Shown here: piece after piece, positions 36,027 through 54,904 of the stretch
Numbering within the stretch: the first letter of the stretch is position 1
Layout: the number at the start of each line of letters is the position of its first letter
Source: Yuukianura sp. NJ FZ-2021
Taxonomy: Eukaryota
Assembly (NCBI GenBank): GCA_046563655.1
Contig: CM102283.1
Coordinates: forward strand, 2,356,001-2,420,000
DNA: 64,000 nt
Direction of reading: 5' to 3'
The notes under the pieces: generated by a model
The model's input: the letters and a program-made list of their open reading frames with translations, nothing else
The model's database searches: none
Told to the model about the DNA's origin: nothing
Position numbers and translations under genes: made by a program

Positions 36027-39000
36027 TCACGGCGCAGGAGCAATATTTCTCACTCCAGTCGAAGGCTGGACGAGTCTCACCGTGCGCTGAAACCCTGCTG
36101 CCGTGTTGAACGTCACCGTCTGTGTCTGTGGCCTCTGTTGAGCCAGCATTGCTACCGTAACAGGTCTCAGTTGTCCAGGACGCACTTGAGCGGGATTGAC
36201 CGTACGAAGAGCAATGTGCTGCGGTTGATTCGTCATTGGATTGACAAACCTCACAGTCTGGCCCAGGATTGGTCTTTGCTGAGATGCGGATGCTGATGAA
36301 GTGGAGATAATTCTTGGACCAGCCACGACACCATTGACATTCGGAGATCTCTGTCGACTCTGCCCCGTCGAAGTTGTTGGAACGACCAATCGCTGTCCAG
36401 TATTTCCCAACTGAACCAATCTGTGCTGCGACGGTGCCGGAACGATTCTTGGCAGGGGCAAAACACCGTTGGGGCGGAGTCCTTGAGTCAATGATGGTGG
36501 AATGACTAGTTGCCGGGGCAACTGAATGATTCGGTTTTGTGGAGTTGACATGATTCGTGGGAACGACATTTGGGCAGTTCCAGCTCGTACTTGTTGCATC
36601 ACTGACGTTGGAACGACGAATCTCCGCACGGTGTCACCTTGAGCATGACTGAGCCGAAGTAGTCTTTGACCAGGAGCCAGTACAATGCTTGAAGCCGTTC
36701 CATCTCCATTGACTGCACGAGCTTGTGCCGCGGCAGTTGAAACGACCACTCGACTTGCAGTTGCTGCTGCTGATGAAGATGATGCCGTTGCCGGGGGAAC
36801 CCTGAGAGTAATGACCGGTCCAGATGATGATACTGCCGTCGTGGTAGCAGCATTTCTACGTCGAGCAGCATTAATTTGTGCTTGCACACTGGAACTGGTG
36901 GCTGTCGCGGAAGGTCTTGCTCGTGGAACAGCATTTTGTGGCGGTGAAGGAATGACGATTCGACTTGAGCCAAAAATGACACCATCAATCCCACGGTTTT
37001 TGTGGAGCTGAAGTACTGGATTGTAGTGATTGTCAATAATGTGGATGAAGCAGTCACGAATGGCAATTTCGGGCAGATCGCAGAACGGGCAGCATATTCC
37101 AACGGTGCTGCGGAAGTGGTAAGTTTTCATGTGATGAAAAAAGTTGCCACGAGAGAGAACCACGTTGAGACAGATGATACACCGGATCATTTGAGCATTC
37201 GTGTAGCAATCTTGGGTTTCATTGATAGTATCATGCGCCCTTTGACAAATCTCGCAGTACAAAGTTCCTTGAGCAAGCTCCAGCATTGTCTCCGGAGAAG
37301 CTTTTCGTGTCGTACAAACTTGACAGTGCAGAGTAAGGTGAATAGAGTCATCAAATTTGGTCAAACACGAGCCACAGCGCATGTCCGGTTCCAGAAGGAT
37401 TCTAGAAGCGATTTCCTTGTGCATGAGCGTCAGATGCTGACGAAGTCCAACGGCCGAATCACATGACCGCTCGCAGAGTCCGCAAACCAGTGGAACTTCA
37501 GCTTTCTTGCCCGAAGCTATTTTGACTGGAGTAAAGGCAAAGTCGGCACGTTGATTTGGGCAGCATCCGAGACGATGCTCCGAAGTATCCTTCTTGGTCA
37601 GTAGTTGGTCGCAGGCTTTACATCGATACCATTCCTTGATAGTATTCGGTTTTACCGGTGGTGTTTGTTTTGGTGACTCAACTGCTGCCAAATATTCTTG
37701 TGGAACAGACTCTACTCGACCAACTCGACCGCTGGAGGCAGGAATTTTTCTGGAGTTTTGTTCCGAGAGACTCTTCATCAAAATATTGTGTTCAGAGCCA
37801 AGATGATTTCTGTAGAGTTGAAGTCCATCGTACGGAAATTCTTCTTCGCAGATTGGACAGACGACAAAGTAGGAAGCACCAATCGCCTTTTGAGCGGGAA
37901 ATTCCAGTCGGTGTTTCAAATCTCCCATGATTGCTACGCTGTCTGCCTTTGCTCGGATTAGTTTCTGCTTAGCAGCTCTTGCTCTTGTGATTGCTGGAGA
38001 TTCAAAGCTGACATTGTCTGGATCCACTTCTGGAGTGACAACGATTGTCTCTGGAGCCATCATGACCACGCCTCCAGCAGTACTGACGATCTGAGGTACA
38101 TCGGGATCGAAGTCCTTGTTGTCACCAACTTCTTCTTGGCCATCTTCCTCATCTGCCATCTCCTCGTCTTCATTCGGATCTTCAAAAATATTTTTGGCAA
38201 AGTTAATTGGAGCTGCAGTGGGACGTGCACTGGACACCCCAGGATTATTTTCAGCGTCGTCGTCCGAATCGCTGCAATCTTCGATCAGTGGCGGGAGTGG
38301 GCCAGCAACAGTACCATTCACCGTTTCAGCCGTTGGAGTTGTAGACGCCTTATCTCCACTTTTATCTTCGATGCTTTTATCTTCTTCGATAGTCTTATCC
38401 TCTTCCATAGGTTGTCCCGCGTCATCTGAGTCGCCTTCTTTCGTCTTTTCCTTGTCCGCTGGAATCTCAGAATCTTGACTTTCCCTGTCTCCACTGCCAG
38501 CATCTGAATCTTCATGCCCAACTTCAACTTCCATAGTATTGGAAGTACTGGATGCTGCTGAAGTAGTAGCAGTGGTGTAAACAGCATCAATTTTTGGTGT
38601 TCCAGTTTTGACCATATTAGCATGAGACCGAGCAATAGCCATCGCCGCAGCTCTAATTTCGCTTCTGGGTGAGTTGCGTGTGACTCCTGGAATTGGGTAC
38701 GTGGCACAATTCTTGAGTTGAGAAGCAGTAAGAGCTGAAGTCGGTATTGGTCGAAGTACTGGAAGACTGCCAGTAGTTTGACGGCGGATGATATTGGCAC
38801 CGGCTGGTTGTTGAACAAGAAGGTAGGTTCCCGGAGTGTTGGAAGGATAAGCATGAGTTTGAGTGTGTCCCGTTTTTGAGAGAATGCTAGGTCGGTTTTG
38901 AACGGAAGAGCAAATGGGAATTCCTTGAATTGGAGTCAAGATCTGACTTTGATTGGGCACGTGACGGTTACTGACGTGAGTAGCTCGAAACTTCTTTGCA

Positions 39001-40478
39001 GGATTTGGAAGTTGTGAGGCAAGAGGAGTCAAGCGACCCCTTGCGATTGGTTGAAAAACGTCAGCTAATGACTGGACGCTTGTGATTTGTGGTGTATCAG
39101 CTTCACAAATGACGACATCGTCGTTCGAAATGTCAACGTTCCAGGTCGGACCGAAAGCTGTTGGCGAAGGAGGTTCCGGATCTTCATCATCGTCGTCATC
39201 TTCTTCCGGTTCCGGTAAATCTGAAACCAAATTCAAAGTTTTAGTCCAACCGTTAATTTGACAGTTTAAAACAATTCAATGCCCACCTTTTCCAATGCAC
39301 TGCTTGGATTTTGGACAAATGGATACATGGTTGATGTCCAAGTCTGATTTTCCATGCTGACAGTTTTTGTCTTTGCATTGAATCAGTATATTTCGCCGGT
39401 CCTTGAAAGCTCGAAGTGTTTTTCTCTTCCCGCCTAAATTCAACTGCACGTCTACAATTTCGTGATCGTCGGAAAATCGTTCAACCACGTTCTTGTCCAG
39501 TCCATGTCCTTCCGGATTCTCTTTTAGCATCTTCAGCGTTAAGGGATTCTCGGCCTAAAAACAAAAAAGATAAAAAATTAAAACCTAAGTATATCTTTGA
39601 ATTTAGGGGCCGTTTTTTTGCGAAGTACCTCGTCCATAGCTTTGCTATTTATAGAATGTCCTAACGATTTAGCAGCATCACGGAAACTTTGACTGAGTTG
39701 AAGAACGAACGGCACTGAGTAGTCAATTCTTCGTAGTCCATGAGTGACGTCTTCATTGGAAAGACAAAGATCTAAATACAAACGTTGAAAATAAAACACG
39801 GAATGAGTTGAAGATGATCACAGATTGATAATTTTTGTTTAAAAATTATATTCTTTGTTTTTGGTTATTTACGAAGCACATCCTGGGTTTCCGTTTTCTC
39901 TTCCTCTTTCAAACGCTCCACTAAAACACCAGACGAATCATCACGAAACTCTCCATCTGAAATGATTAAACCATGAAACACTTTGTATTAATCGTAACAC
40001 TTTAAACAAACATATTTTAGTGGTACTTTTCACACTTTCAACATGATCCTGGGCCATTTTCTGCTGTGATCGGAGAATATCTCGGTGTAGAAGAAGGAGT
40101 GGGGCTGGTAGTGACCGAGGCCCTCTGATGTCTGCTTCAATCAATTGATCCAAATTGTCCTTTTCCATTGTACTGTCGTTCATAGCTGAGTACAGAGATA
40201 ACAATAGTTAGGTAATACTGAATAGTGTGGTTTAAGATAGATTTTATAATTAGCAATTAATTACCTAAGCCCAATTCTTGCAAATTCTGAGTGACTTCGT
40301 TCCAACTCCAATTGTCAGAAGCGACGTTGAGATCTCGACTTTGTTTGAGCCTGGTTTTCAGCGGTTCCGGCAGCGGTTTGAGCTCGTCTGGGACCACCAC
40401 AGGAAACTTAACTTTTTTAGTCTCCCTTTCATCTCCAGTTGTTTCGTCTTCATCTTCCAGTTCATACGGGCGCTTCAT
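36027..40478 (-). CDS. C2H2 zinc-finger protein, long paralog (copy B), 6 coding exons, roughly 1350 aa
   Basis: MKRPYELEDE.. start; exons splice in frame into the 1069-aa ORF; additional fingers CPIC..HLGSEH and CKAC..H; acidic and Q/P/T-rich regions. Confidence 0.8.
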
Positions 40479-43400
40479 ACTGCTCCAGTGATTGCTGGGC
40501 GGGTTTTTACCTAAAGTGAACAAGAATAAGTATAATACCCATGTTATGTTATGTAAACAAAACCGTTTGAGGTGCATATTGAGGAAAAAGCTATGCTAAA
40601 AGTCTCATCGCTCATCTCAGCTGTTTCAATGCTAAAACGAAAGTGTAAATAAAACATGAAACAAGTGGGAATATGGAAAATACACGGCGAAAGGGAAAGC
40701 ATTGATGTCAATTCGTTAATTTAAGTTAAATTACTTTAACTGTAACTGTTTTAAGTTACAAAAATGACAATGAAACCCATCATTCAGAAAAAGTACCTGC
40801 GCCTGCGCAGATCAATACGTCTTATAAACGTTATGCAAACGATTCTGAAAAGATATTTGACAACTGCAATAAATTCATAACACGAAATATTTTGAGCTGG
40901 AGTTTGTCAATTCCTCGTCAGTCAAGGTCAACTTCGAGGTGACTCGAGCAGTGTAAAAACAAAAATACAACTTTTTTAAGTATGTCATGTGTTTTACATT
41001 ACCTCGTCAGCTAGAGCTAAGTAGCCGTAGAGTGTCTGTCGTATATCGTTTTCTTAGTACGGTGGTCACGATCAGATTACTGTGCTAAACTGGGAATCAA
41101 TTAATAATTGATTGAGAGTCCGTTCCTTTTGCTAAACTGGAGATGTGATGAGAAAATGGCGGACAACTCCTAGCTTCTACTCACTTTAGTTTACTACTTG
41201 GACGCACGCCTGCTTCTGACTGTTGGCTTCCTTGTTCTGTTCTGTTGGTGTTTGGAGGTTCTGAGGGCGCAGGCAAATCAAGGAGGAGTTGTCAATTGGA
41301 GTTGCGCAGAAGCCTGGATTTTGTCCTATTTTGAATTTCCCGCGCCTAAATTCCTAGCAGCTTGTCGTCTCATTTTCCTCCAATAATATAAGCACTGCAC
41401 AAACACGCAGAAAAAGACGCTAAACGGGTTCAACAAAAAGTCGCTCGTTCCATGCCCACACTCAACATGTTGAGTTGTCACCCCTTCACCTGAGGGCATT
41501 CACCTGGAATTATTAAATTCGTTCTCTCATAAAAACACGACGTTAATTTAGAGTTTATTTATGTACTATTATGTACTATTATGTAATTTGCCACAAGTTT
41601 AAGGTGTTTAGCTCGTATGTTCATTAGTAAGTTGTTTCATTATTCATTTATACTGGTAAGGTCAGGTCATCTGCTGCAACAAATCGCATGTTTCGTTTTT
41701 CGTACGTTCATGTCTGATCTTGGGAAACGTTTGAACAGTGGTGAAGATTTAACTGCTCTTTCATTAATCAACTAATCGTTAACTTAATTATCAACTCGTT
41801 TGAGCAGGATGACCTTTTGGTAAACTGGACCTGACCTAGTGAGTGACCTGAGGTAAGCATGAAACATATTAGAATTTGAAGTAGTATATTGGATGTTTCA
41901 TTTGAGTAACAGTGAAAATAGAAAAGAAACTTGGCGAGCGTGAAACGACGACATAAGTATAATTATCTTTTTTGAAAGCAATTGGAATGAAGTTAATTAA
42001 TTACACACTTTTCGTCTGCTAATGAATCTTTTGACAAATTGAGTATAAGTGACGACGAATAGAAATGGATAAATTTTCCATCGATCCTGCGCATTCCTTT
42101 TTTTCTCATTCTATTTTAGTTGACACGTAGCTTCAGCTTTCCCTGGCCTGGAACTTTTTTCCGTAATCTACCGTTATGCTTTCTGTTTGCCTAGATCAGC
42201 GATTCCAGAAATTCCATGAAAGTGGTCGCAGTTTTCGTCGGGACGTTGTTGGACACGGCGCAAGCGGAAACAAACACGACATTACATGAACAGTTTTTCG
42301 GTGTTTGATGACTGACACGACACAGGAACAAAGATAAAGGTCACTCGTCATTCTGGATTATTCACAGGATGCAATTTCAAGGAAAAGAGGCAGAAACCGC
42401 ATTAGCAGAAAGACAAGCAAAAGCAGTAGAAAAACAACAGCCGAAGAGAAAGGTGGCATCGTCATAAGCACAAGAAGGTTTCTCTGGAGTAGTCGTAACT
42501 CGTAAGTGGAAATCTATTTATAAAGTCTCATCTTTTTAGAGTTAAGTTGAGTATGAATCATTAAGTTAACTAAACACTTAATTTTAACAGGGAGGACAAC
42601 TAACTTATAGCATTAACGAAGACATTTAGCATTCACGTCACTGTCACTCTACGGTCGGTCAAGGTCTCCCTCATCTTCTGTCTACCCGTGTCACTAACCA
42701 TCTACGAAACAACAATCAGTAAGTGTTGATGTTAAATTTATGTTTTCATAACTTACTGCCATGTGATCATGATTCATCGATTACTTATGTAGGTATATTT
42801 AAATTAGGAAAAGCAAAACAAAAATAATACTGAGCTCTGCGTGTATGGTCATTGAAATGTGAGAGAGACTTGTTTTATATAACAAAGATAAAATGTTTAG
42901 AATCAATGTCAAGTGCAGTCACCAAAGTATCAACTTGACATGACATTGATGTGAAATGTATGACAAGGAAATTTAATTGTTGTCAATGTCTCAAACCATT
43001 GTCTTTCTCATTGCTCCGCAGAGCAAAAACCCTGACTTTGGTTGAGAAAGTTTTTAATGGCTAAAATGATCGTTATTCGCATGTCATAAGGTTGTTTCAT
43101 TCTCTGTCAATCAAGCGAAACTTACAAAAATTTATGACATTCGTTATGACATCTCAGCATAACTCATTTACCATTACTCTCTTGATGTAGAACATCGTAA
43201 ACTCATTTTTATTGTTAAACTTTTGGTTTCAGTTGCAGAGTTTAGAACTAATATTCAATTCTAGTCATACTCATAATCAATTGCCTAAATGTCATCATTG
43301 TCAAGACGGGGTATTTTATTACTGGAATTGAGATTTCAGCACCATTATGTATAAAATTGTTCAACTAACATTGACTGCTTGGTACTTAACAGTTTATTCA

Positions 43401-43671
43401 TTCGCTAAGCCTTTAGTTGCGAAATCACTACAAGTGTTTTTCGAAATTCAATTTGACTAATACTAAAATTCATTTTTCATTTGTAGCCCCCACACTGAGA
43501 GTCAAAGAAGCAATGAAGAAAGACGCCTGAGAATCAACTGGGACAGTGCTTGAACCTTTTTCAATTATCCAGTGCCATTTGACTTTTTTTCAGTTGTGAA
43601 ATTCAACCGAACAAAACCCTAACCCTGGCTCAACTTGTTTCGGCCAGGCCACTGGAAACGGAAACTTCAAA

Positions 43672-48490
<4,819 letters not shown>

Positions 48491-49636
48491 ACATGACAGG
48501 AGACACTTGTGCTAAATTCTTAAACGTAAATCTTTCTTTGTAATTGAGATTTTGAGTTTATGTTAAGTAGTTTAGTTTTTGTGTTCCACTTGTTGAAAAC
48601 TATACCAAAGTTTAGTTAATTTCAGTCAGTCAATATTACTATTATGAGAGAGTGAACTACGATTTAATAACGTTGTGATGCTAAAAAAACTTTATGAAAA
48701 CGTATATTCCAATACTACTGTCGACTGACATTTTTAGGGGTCAAAACTCCTTTAAGTTCCTTTTCGCTATTTGAAGTTTATATAATTTGTTGTAACGTTG
48801 TAATTTTGCAATCTGTTCGGTCTAAACTCAAATTATGAATTTCAACATCTCGATGTCAATTACAGCACTGAACTCTTCTAGTCGATACGTTTTAGTTTAC
48901 TAGTTAATTAGTTTTCAAGATTAATCGTTAATTCGTTAGTCCATAGTTGTTTTGACATGACTTTCTGACACCAGCGGCAGAGTCGTGAACTCTATCTATT
49001 TTGCTCGTCAATCAATCAAACAAAAGCACTTTACGTCACATCGGTCAAGGTTGAATGACCTCTGCATAATATTGCAATATTCAATCTCCAACAAATTGCG
49101 TTTATCTTTGCTAATTAACGTTACAAGTGTTGTATCGAGTGGATTTAATAGTTCAAGTTTATGTGTTAATACCACCGATGATGATAACTGTTAATTACGA
49201 CTATGCAGACGTTTCTTTTGTTGTTCCCCATGCCCACTCTTATTATTGTTATAGTAAGTATTCGCACTAAACGTAATACATCGTAATGCAAAACTATTAA
49301 ATTTATCCTGATGCGTATGTTTTTCTGGCGGCGTCTATTCCGGAGTGCTAAAACGATTAAGTTTTTAATTAATCGTGCAGTAGTTTTCAGTATAAAACGA
49401 TTACTTACAGCAGTAGTAGCGAAGCGACATTGTGAAGGGTGTTTTTGCAGGGGGAGTGAGAGGTGTTCGGAACGAAAGGCGGGGGGACCTCATCATGTGG
49501 TAACAAGAAATTGTTTGTTTTTAACAAGTGTTTTTTTAGTGTAAAAATGCATGTAATTCTTCAACGTGATTACTTAAATTGATAATTAATCAGTACATTT
49601 TTAAATCAATCAGATACAGAAACCAATGGCTGACTG

Positions 49637-52487
49637 ATGCCAGTGCAGAAGACAGACCATGGAGAAGAAGTCACAAGACGAAGTGGATACGTTGAAGTAC
49701 CTGAACCTGACCGAGAGCCAAGCACCATGTCACTGACCTCTGACCAAGATGTGCTCCAAGCAGAAGTTCAGCCTCGTCAGCTGTTCGAAGAGGAAATTAT
49801 TGAACCTGGGCCATCCTCCGGGGACAGGTTAAGTCATCAAGGTCAACATCGAAGTCGTCGAGGGAGTACTGGGAGTTCTTCGAGGAGCAGGGCTAGTAGT
49901 GGATCCACAAGTAGGCCGTCATACTTGCCTGAACAGTTTCAAGTTATACAGGAACCTACCGTACCGTTGCTGCAGGTATAAATTGTTAACTCTTCTGTAA
50001 ATTACATACATGTCCAAAATAAAAATAAATTGCTTTTTCCTTTTTAGAATTTCGAAGAGGCGGATCATGATTTTGTGATCATTGCGGAATTCTCAGAGAT
50101 CGAAGGACCAATTCCAATTTGTACGATTCCAAGTAATGCTCCCGAGAAGACTGATATCAACTTAAACTCTCTTGTAGTACATCTAATGTCAACTGACTAT
50201 CAAGTTAACACTGTGTAAGCTAAAGTTACTTGGAGTTTTTAGTCACAAGGCATGTAATTTTAGAACTTGTTTATCCTAGTGGTCAGTTTGGAATCTGCGA
50301 AGATACTCACGTCATTCGGACAAACGTTTTCCAAGGCGTTCATGTATCCATGCACTACTTCACTCTCTATGATATCAAGGCCAGAGGATTCGTCCGTCCC
50401 TTCTGTTTTGGTTACATATCAAAAGATCACATAAAGTTGGATCGAACAATCTTGCCTATACTAGAACAATTCAACGACGTAAGTCCTCGATTAGTTAGCT
50501 ATTATCTAACGATATTAGTTTTAAACATTAATTGAACTCTTTATAGATTACCAGGGTTCTCAAGTTCACCAACCGAATATGGTTTGCATCAGAGCTAACG
50601 CAGTATCTACAGAAATTAAACATAGCAAAGGAAGAATACATTGCACGTTCACCGCCCAGGGAGCCAGGCAACGAAACTAATGAAACTTATACTGACGAGG
50701 ATGACCTTGACCTTGCTGGATTTTTTGGCGACGACTTAGAGGACACAGAGCTTCGAGAGGAAGAAGATCCTGAAACAATTTCACTCAGTCAGATAGCCCA
50801 GCAATACTCTGAAATCCAACACATATGCCAAATAGTCAAAAATTCTTTGGTAAGCCTTCTCTTCTCACTCAAGCACACTTAATTTTTGCTAAATGTCAAC
50901 TGTTTCAATTTGTGATTCATTATTTTCACAGGACGAACCCGAGTACTTGGAAATCGCAGCAAATCTTCAAGAACCGTACTTGTCCCCTGACTCAAAGCTG
51001 AAGCAAGTGTTTTTTAGGCTGGGACTGTTTACAGATACATTTCAAGCCCTTGATATTCCACTTGTCCATCCACTGAAACAAAAATCAGAGTCCTTAAGGC
51101 CCATGACAACCCTTGGTCAACTTGGAACTGTCATTCTTGTCCAGAATCTTCTGAGGATGTACGAGGAGAATCGTCAAGACTCAATTTTTACTGAATTGGA
51201 TACGCTTACTGAAGACTTTAAGAATCACTTCCGCCTGGCCCAACCAAATTCTCAAGAATTTGCAACTGCAGAGCGTAATAGGAAACGAAGTGCTAATATG
51301 TTTACCGTCCTTGAAGAGAACAATGAAGAAATTTGTCGGGTTCTAGAAACGATACATGCCAGTGTTCCTATCGTCCCTGCTGACAACCGAAGTGCATCTT
51401 ACCACAGTCTATCGACTGAATCTGATTCTACAACTCCGGCACGGGTATGAACTCATCGTCTCAAAATTCATTTGCAATCGGCTGAAATGTCAATATTCTG
51501 TTTTTTTAGATGAACAGTGACGATTCGCAATTTGCAACTCCAATGGGATCAGCAATGGGATCAATCGAGAACATTCCATTTAAAATAGCGACTCAACCTA
51601 ATGCACGTTTTCCTGTCACACCTCAATCATCTACAAGCGGAAGCGGATACAGCAGTAGCGGATCTCCACGAAGATCGAACATTCAAGAATTCCTACTTCG
51701 GTCGGACATGAATTCTTCCTGGACAATCGTTGAACCTAGACAGAGTGCATTCGTGGAGGAGACCAGTCCTCTTAGGATTCCAACTGTCGACGACGAGCCA
51801 ATTGAAATCCAAAAAGTGCATTGGTGGACTTACACAGCCAAAACGAAACTTTCAAAAGGCGATCCGGGGTACGGCCTACGAAAATTTTGGATTCAGTTTC
51901 CCAAAGTGGCTCATCACATTCTCTACTCCATTCTGCTCGGACGTCCCATAATATTTCATGGCAGTTCGAGATACCGTTCCAAAGTAGTTCAAATTATCAA
52001 CGCTCTTGTGCCGCTCATTCCATGCTATCCAGCTCCATCTTTCAAAATTCTTCACTGGCATCAAGGAATCCTCGTTCCAGATCATGTGACCGGAAAATAC
52101 AAACTAATCGGTGTCTGCATTCCGGAACGCCTCAGTATCCATGACCTCCTCAACTCACGGGATCAAAATAGTGTAACACTACTGGATGTAGAGAAGAAGC
52201 ATATATCTGGACCAGCATATTCGGGAAGTTTTTTGAAAGCGTTTGAGACATTGCCAGTTCAGAAACGATTTCTGAACGATCTGAGCTTACTGGCGCATTT
52301 AGGTGTCATTTTAACTAATATCGAAACGCAAGTTTACATGTGTCGATGCCTTCTAGACGAAAGGGGGAAGTCAGCATCCGTGTCCAAAATTTTGAAAAAA
52401 CTGGAGCTGAAAAACTCTGATTTAGAAATCGTGAAGCATTTAGTATCGCTAGTACCTCGGATAGAAGATTCAGTGAACATATTCTAA
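49637..52487 (+). CDS. SMCR8: SMCR8-like DENN/longin protein
   Basis: DFVIIAEFSEIEGPIPICTIP, LMSTDYQ, HYFTLYDIKARGFVRPFCFGYIS, YSILLGRPIIF. Confidence 0.85.
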
Positions 52488-52670
52488 ACAACGTTATTAA
52501 TATTTTAAACGAAACTTTATTTAGCACAAGTACCTTGTAATTTTTTCATAAATTTACTAGTTTTTTGTTTAGTACTGCGCGATTATTAGATTTCTTTTGA
52601 TTTTGGAATTCTCTTGAGTCTTCCATTTTAGCAATCGGATTAATTGGATCTTCGATTGCTCACTCACATT

Positions 52671-54329
52671 CTACCAATCGCTATCCATCGAAGATGTTGG
52701 CGAAGTTGGACTTTCGTAGACATCCCCATCTAGCGACATTGCTTGCTCGAAGACTTGAAAAATTTCGTCGTTGAAGACTCCGTCACCTTCACCTTCGTCA
52801 TTGATGACCCCTTCGTCGTCACGTTCATCGTCGATGAACAGCGGGTTACTGTCATCATTGACCTCATCAGACGACATATTGTGTCGACGTAACTCTTGAC
52901 CTTCCAGTAAGTCATCACTCCTGGCCTCGAACAGATAGTCGTCATCGTCATCTTCACCGTCCAGAACAGCAAAATTTGGATCCTCCTCAGCCTCCATGAT
53001 TCCTTCTTCATCTTCAGTGCCGCTGAAATTTGAAGACGGGCGATGCCGGTACAAGAAATGAGGCTGTTCTTCCAGAATCCGAGTCACTCTGACTTTGATC
53101 TTGATCGTGTGGGTGTCAGTGAATCGTCGGATGACAACAGGAAGAAGAGGTACGCCATGTCCAGAACTTATGGCATCTCTGGTACTCAGCCGAACTGAGG
53201 ACATCGGACACTTGTAACTGAATTGCAGCTCCTGGAATTTTAGGTAAGAATTATCAGCACTATTTTTTAAATTTTGAAAAATGTTTGACTTTTGACCTTT
53301 TGATCGTTGACAAGAGTAATTTGTGATTGCCAGACTTCAATTTCAGTGTCCGATCCAAGCATGGACACGATGAGCCATGGAGCCCATTCTCCACCGTCCT
53401 TTTCAGCCTCATTGGCACATTCGATGCGGACAAAGAAGTTGAATCCTTCTCGAAAAAACCAGTAATGTTGAGGTGCTGCGGTAAAATCAACCAATCAATT
53501 CGTAGTTTTCGAAATTTTTAATTTTTAAAAAATAATTTTTAAATGTTTTAGTTACATGTCAAGAACTCCTGGCTGATGGAACTGACATGGAAGTTTATGC
53601 TCATGTTGTCCGTAGCAAGAACGAGTGGAGGTGGAGAGTGACAATCTTGGAAGTGGGCCAAGAAGGCACTCGTTTTCTTGAAAATCGCTTTGCAAATGAA
53701 GCAAGGCGTCATTCTGAAAGACCTAGTCAACATCAAGAGCTTTGAAACTTCAAAAAATTAAAATCAGTTTTGATTCATACCGATAGTCGCAAGTTTCGTA
53801 GTGAACAGCCAGCTCTCGTCCATTTCCGGTAAACTTACAACCAAAGTCCTCATGTGCACATTTGATCTAAAAGTTCAAGCAAAGTTTCAAATAACTTTTA
53901 GCTAATTTTTGTTTTAATTCGCATTTCCAGATGCAATTAAAGCCAAGAACTTACGCAACACTTATCCAGAAGATTCTCCAAAGCCAGATTTCGGAAGATT
54001 CCGTTTGGCTTCCTGCAGTAGAACCGAGTACATCGTCTAGGAGAGCACGTAGGATGTAGCCGTTGACACTCTCGACAGTTGACCTTCCCCTTTCCGTTGT
54101 CACAAGTCATGCAAACGTTGTGCCCATTGACACACGAGTACATTGGTGGAACAACCTCTCGTTTGCAGATGCTGCACTGGATGAGACTAGCCAACATCAT
54201 CAAGTCGGGACCAGCGACCAATCGATCTAGAACGTTACTTTCCATAAGAATTTCTTCCCGTTGTACTGCTTCCGATTCCAGCACGGCGTCAAGCGATGCA
54301 TCCGCTGGAACAGCCAGCACTCTCGCCAT
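52671..54329 (-). CDS. Divergent SINA/SIAH-like RING E3 ligase with acidic tail
   Basis: CSIC..PPMYSCVNGHNVCMTC, RNLALE, SIAH-type zinc fingers CAHEDFGC..HYETCDY and CFIC..HFQDCH. Confidence 0.7.
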
Positions 54330-54904
54330 TTTCAATTGACTGACGAACGTCGACAAGCTCAAGAACAAACAGCAGCGAATATTGCTTGGAAGAACAGCAG
54401 CAGCAGCAGCGTCACGGGTCTCCCAAGGAAGTTTTTTTTGGTCGTTTCAAAGTGAAACTAAACACAAGTGTAAAAAACATTAACGTTTCCATGGTGCCAG
54501 AAATACCGTGAGCTTTGTTCAATTTCTTTTTTTCTTTGGAAGTTGAAATTTTTTTAAACTAATTTGTTCATTTTTCTTTTAGAATTCAATAAATAATCAT
54601 CGTGAAATTTTTTTTCTTCGAATTGTACCGTTTCATTTTTTTGAATAGAAAAACGGAAATTTGTAATTTCCACTTTCGCATAGATAGTCGCTGATTCTAG
54701 TCAGCGACCTAGTCGCTGAATCTCACTCTCTAAAATTTTTTTAGAAAAACGGACATTGTAAATGTGCGCTTTTGAATGTGTCTTCACATAGATGTCGAGT
54801 CGCTGAATCTGAATCTGCAATCGGATTTAATCGGAAATGCATATTATTTCTCGAGACATAGCGTGAAGGAAGTAAGTAGTCAAAGACATTTTGTTGCTGA
54901 AATA

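Noticed and set aside
31053-38854. Many antisense and alternate-frame ORFs over the zinc-finger genes
   Set aside because: Shadow ORFs of low-complexity coding sequence with no independent motifs.
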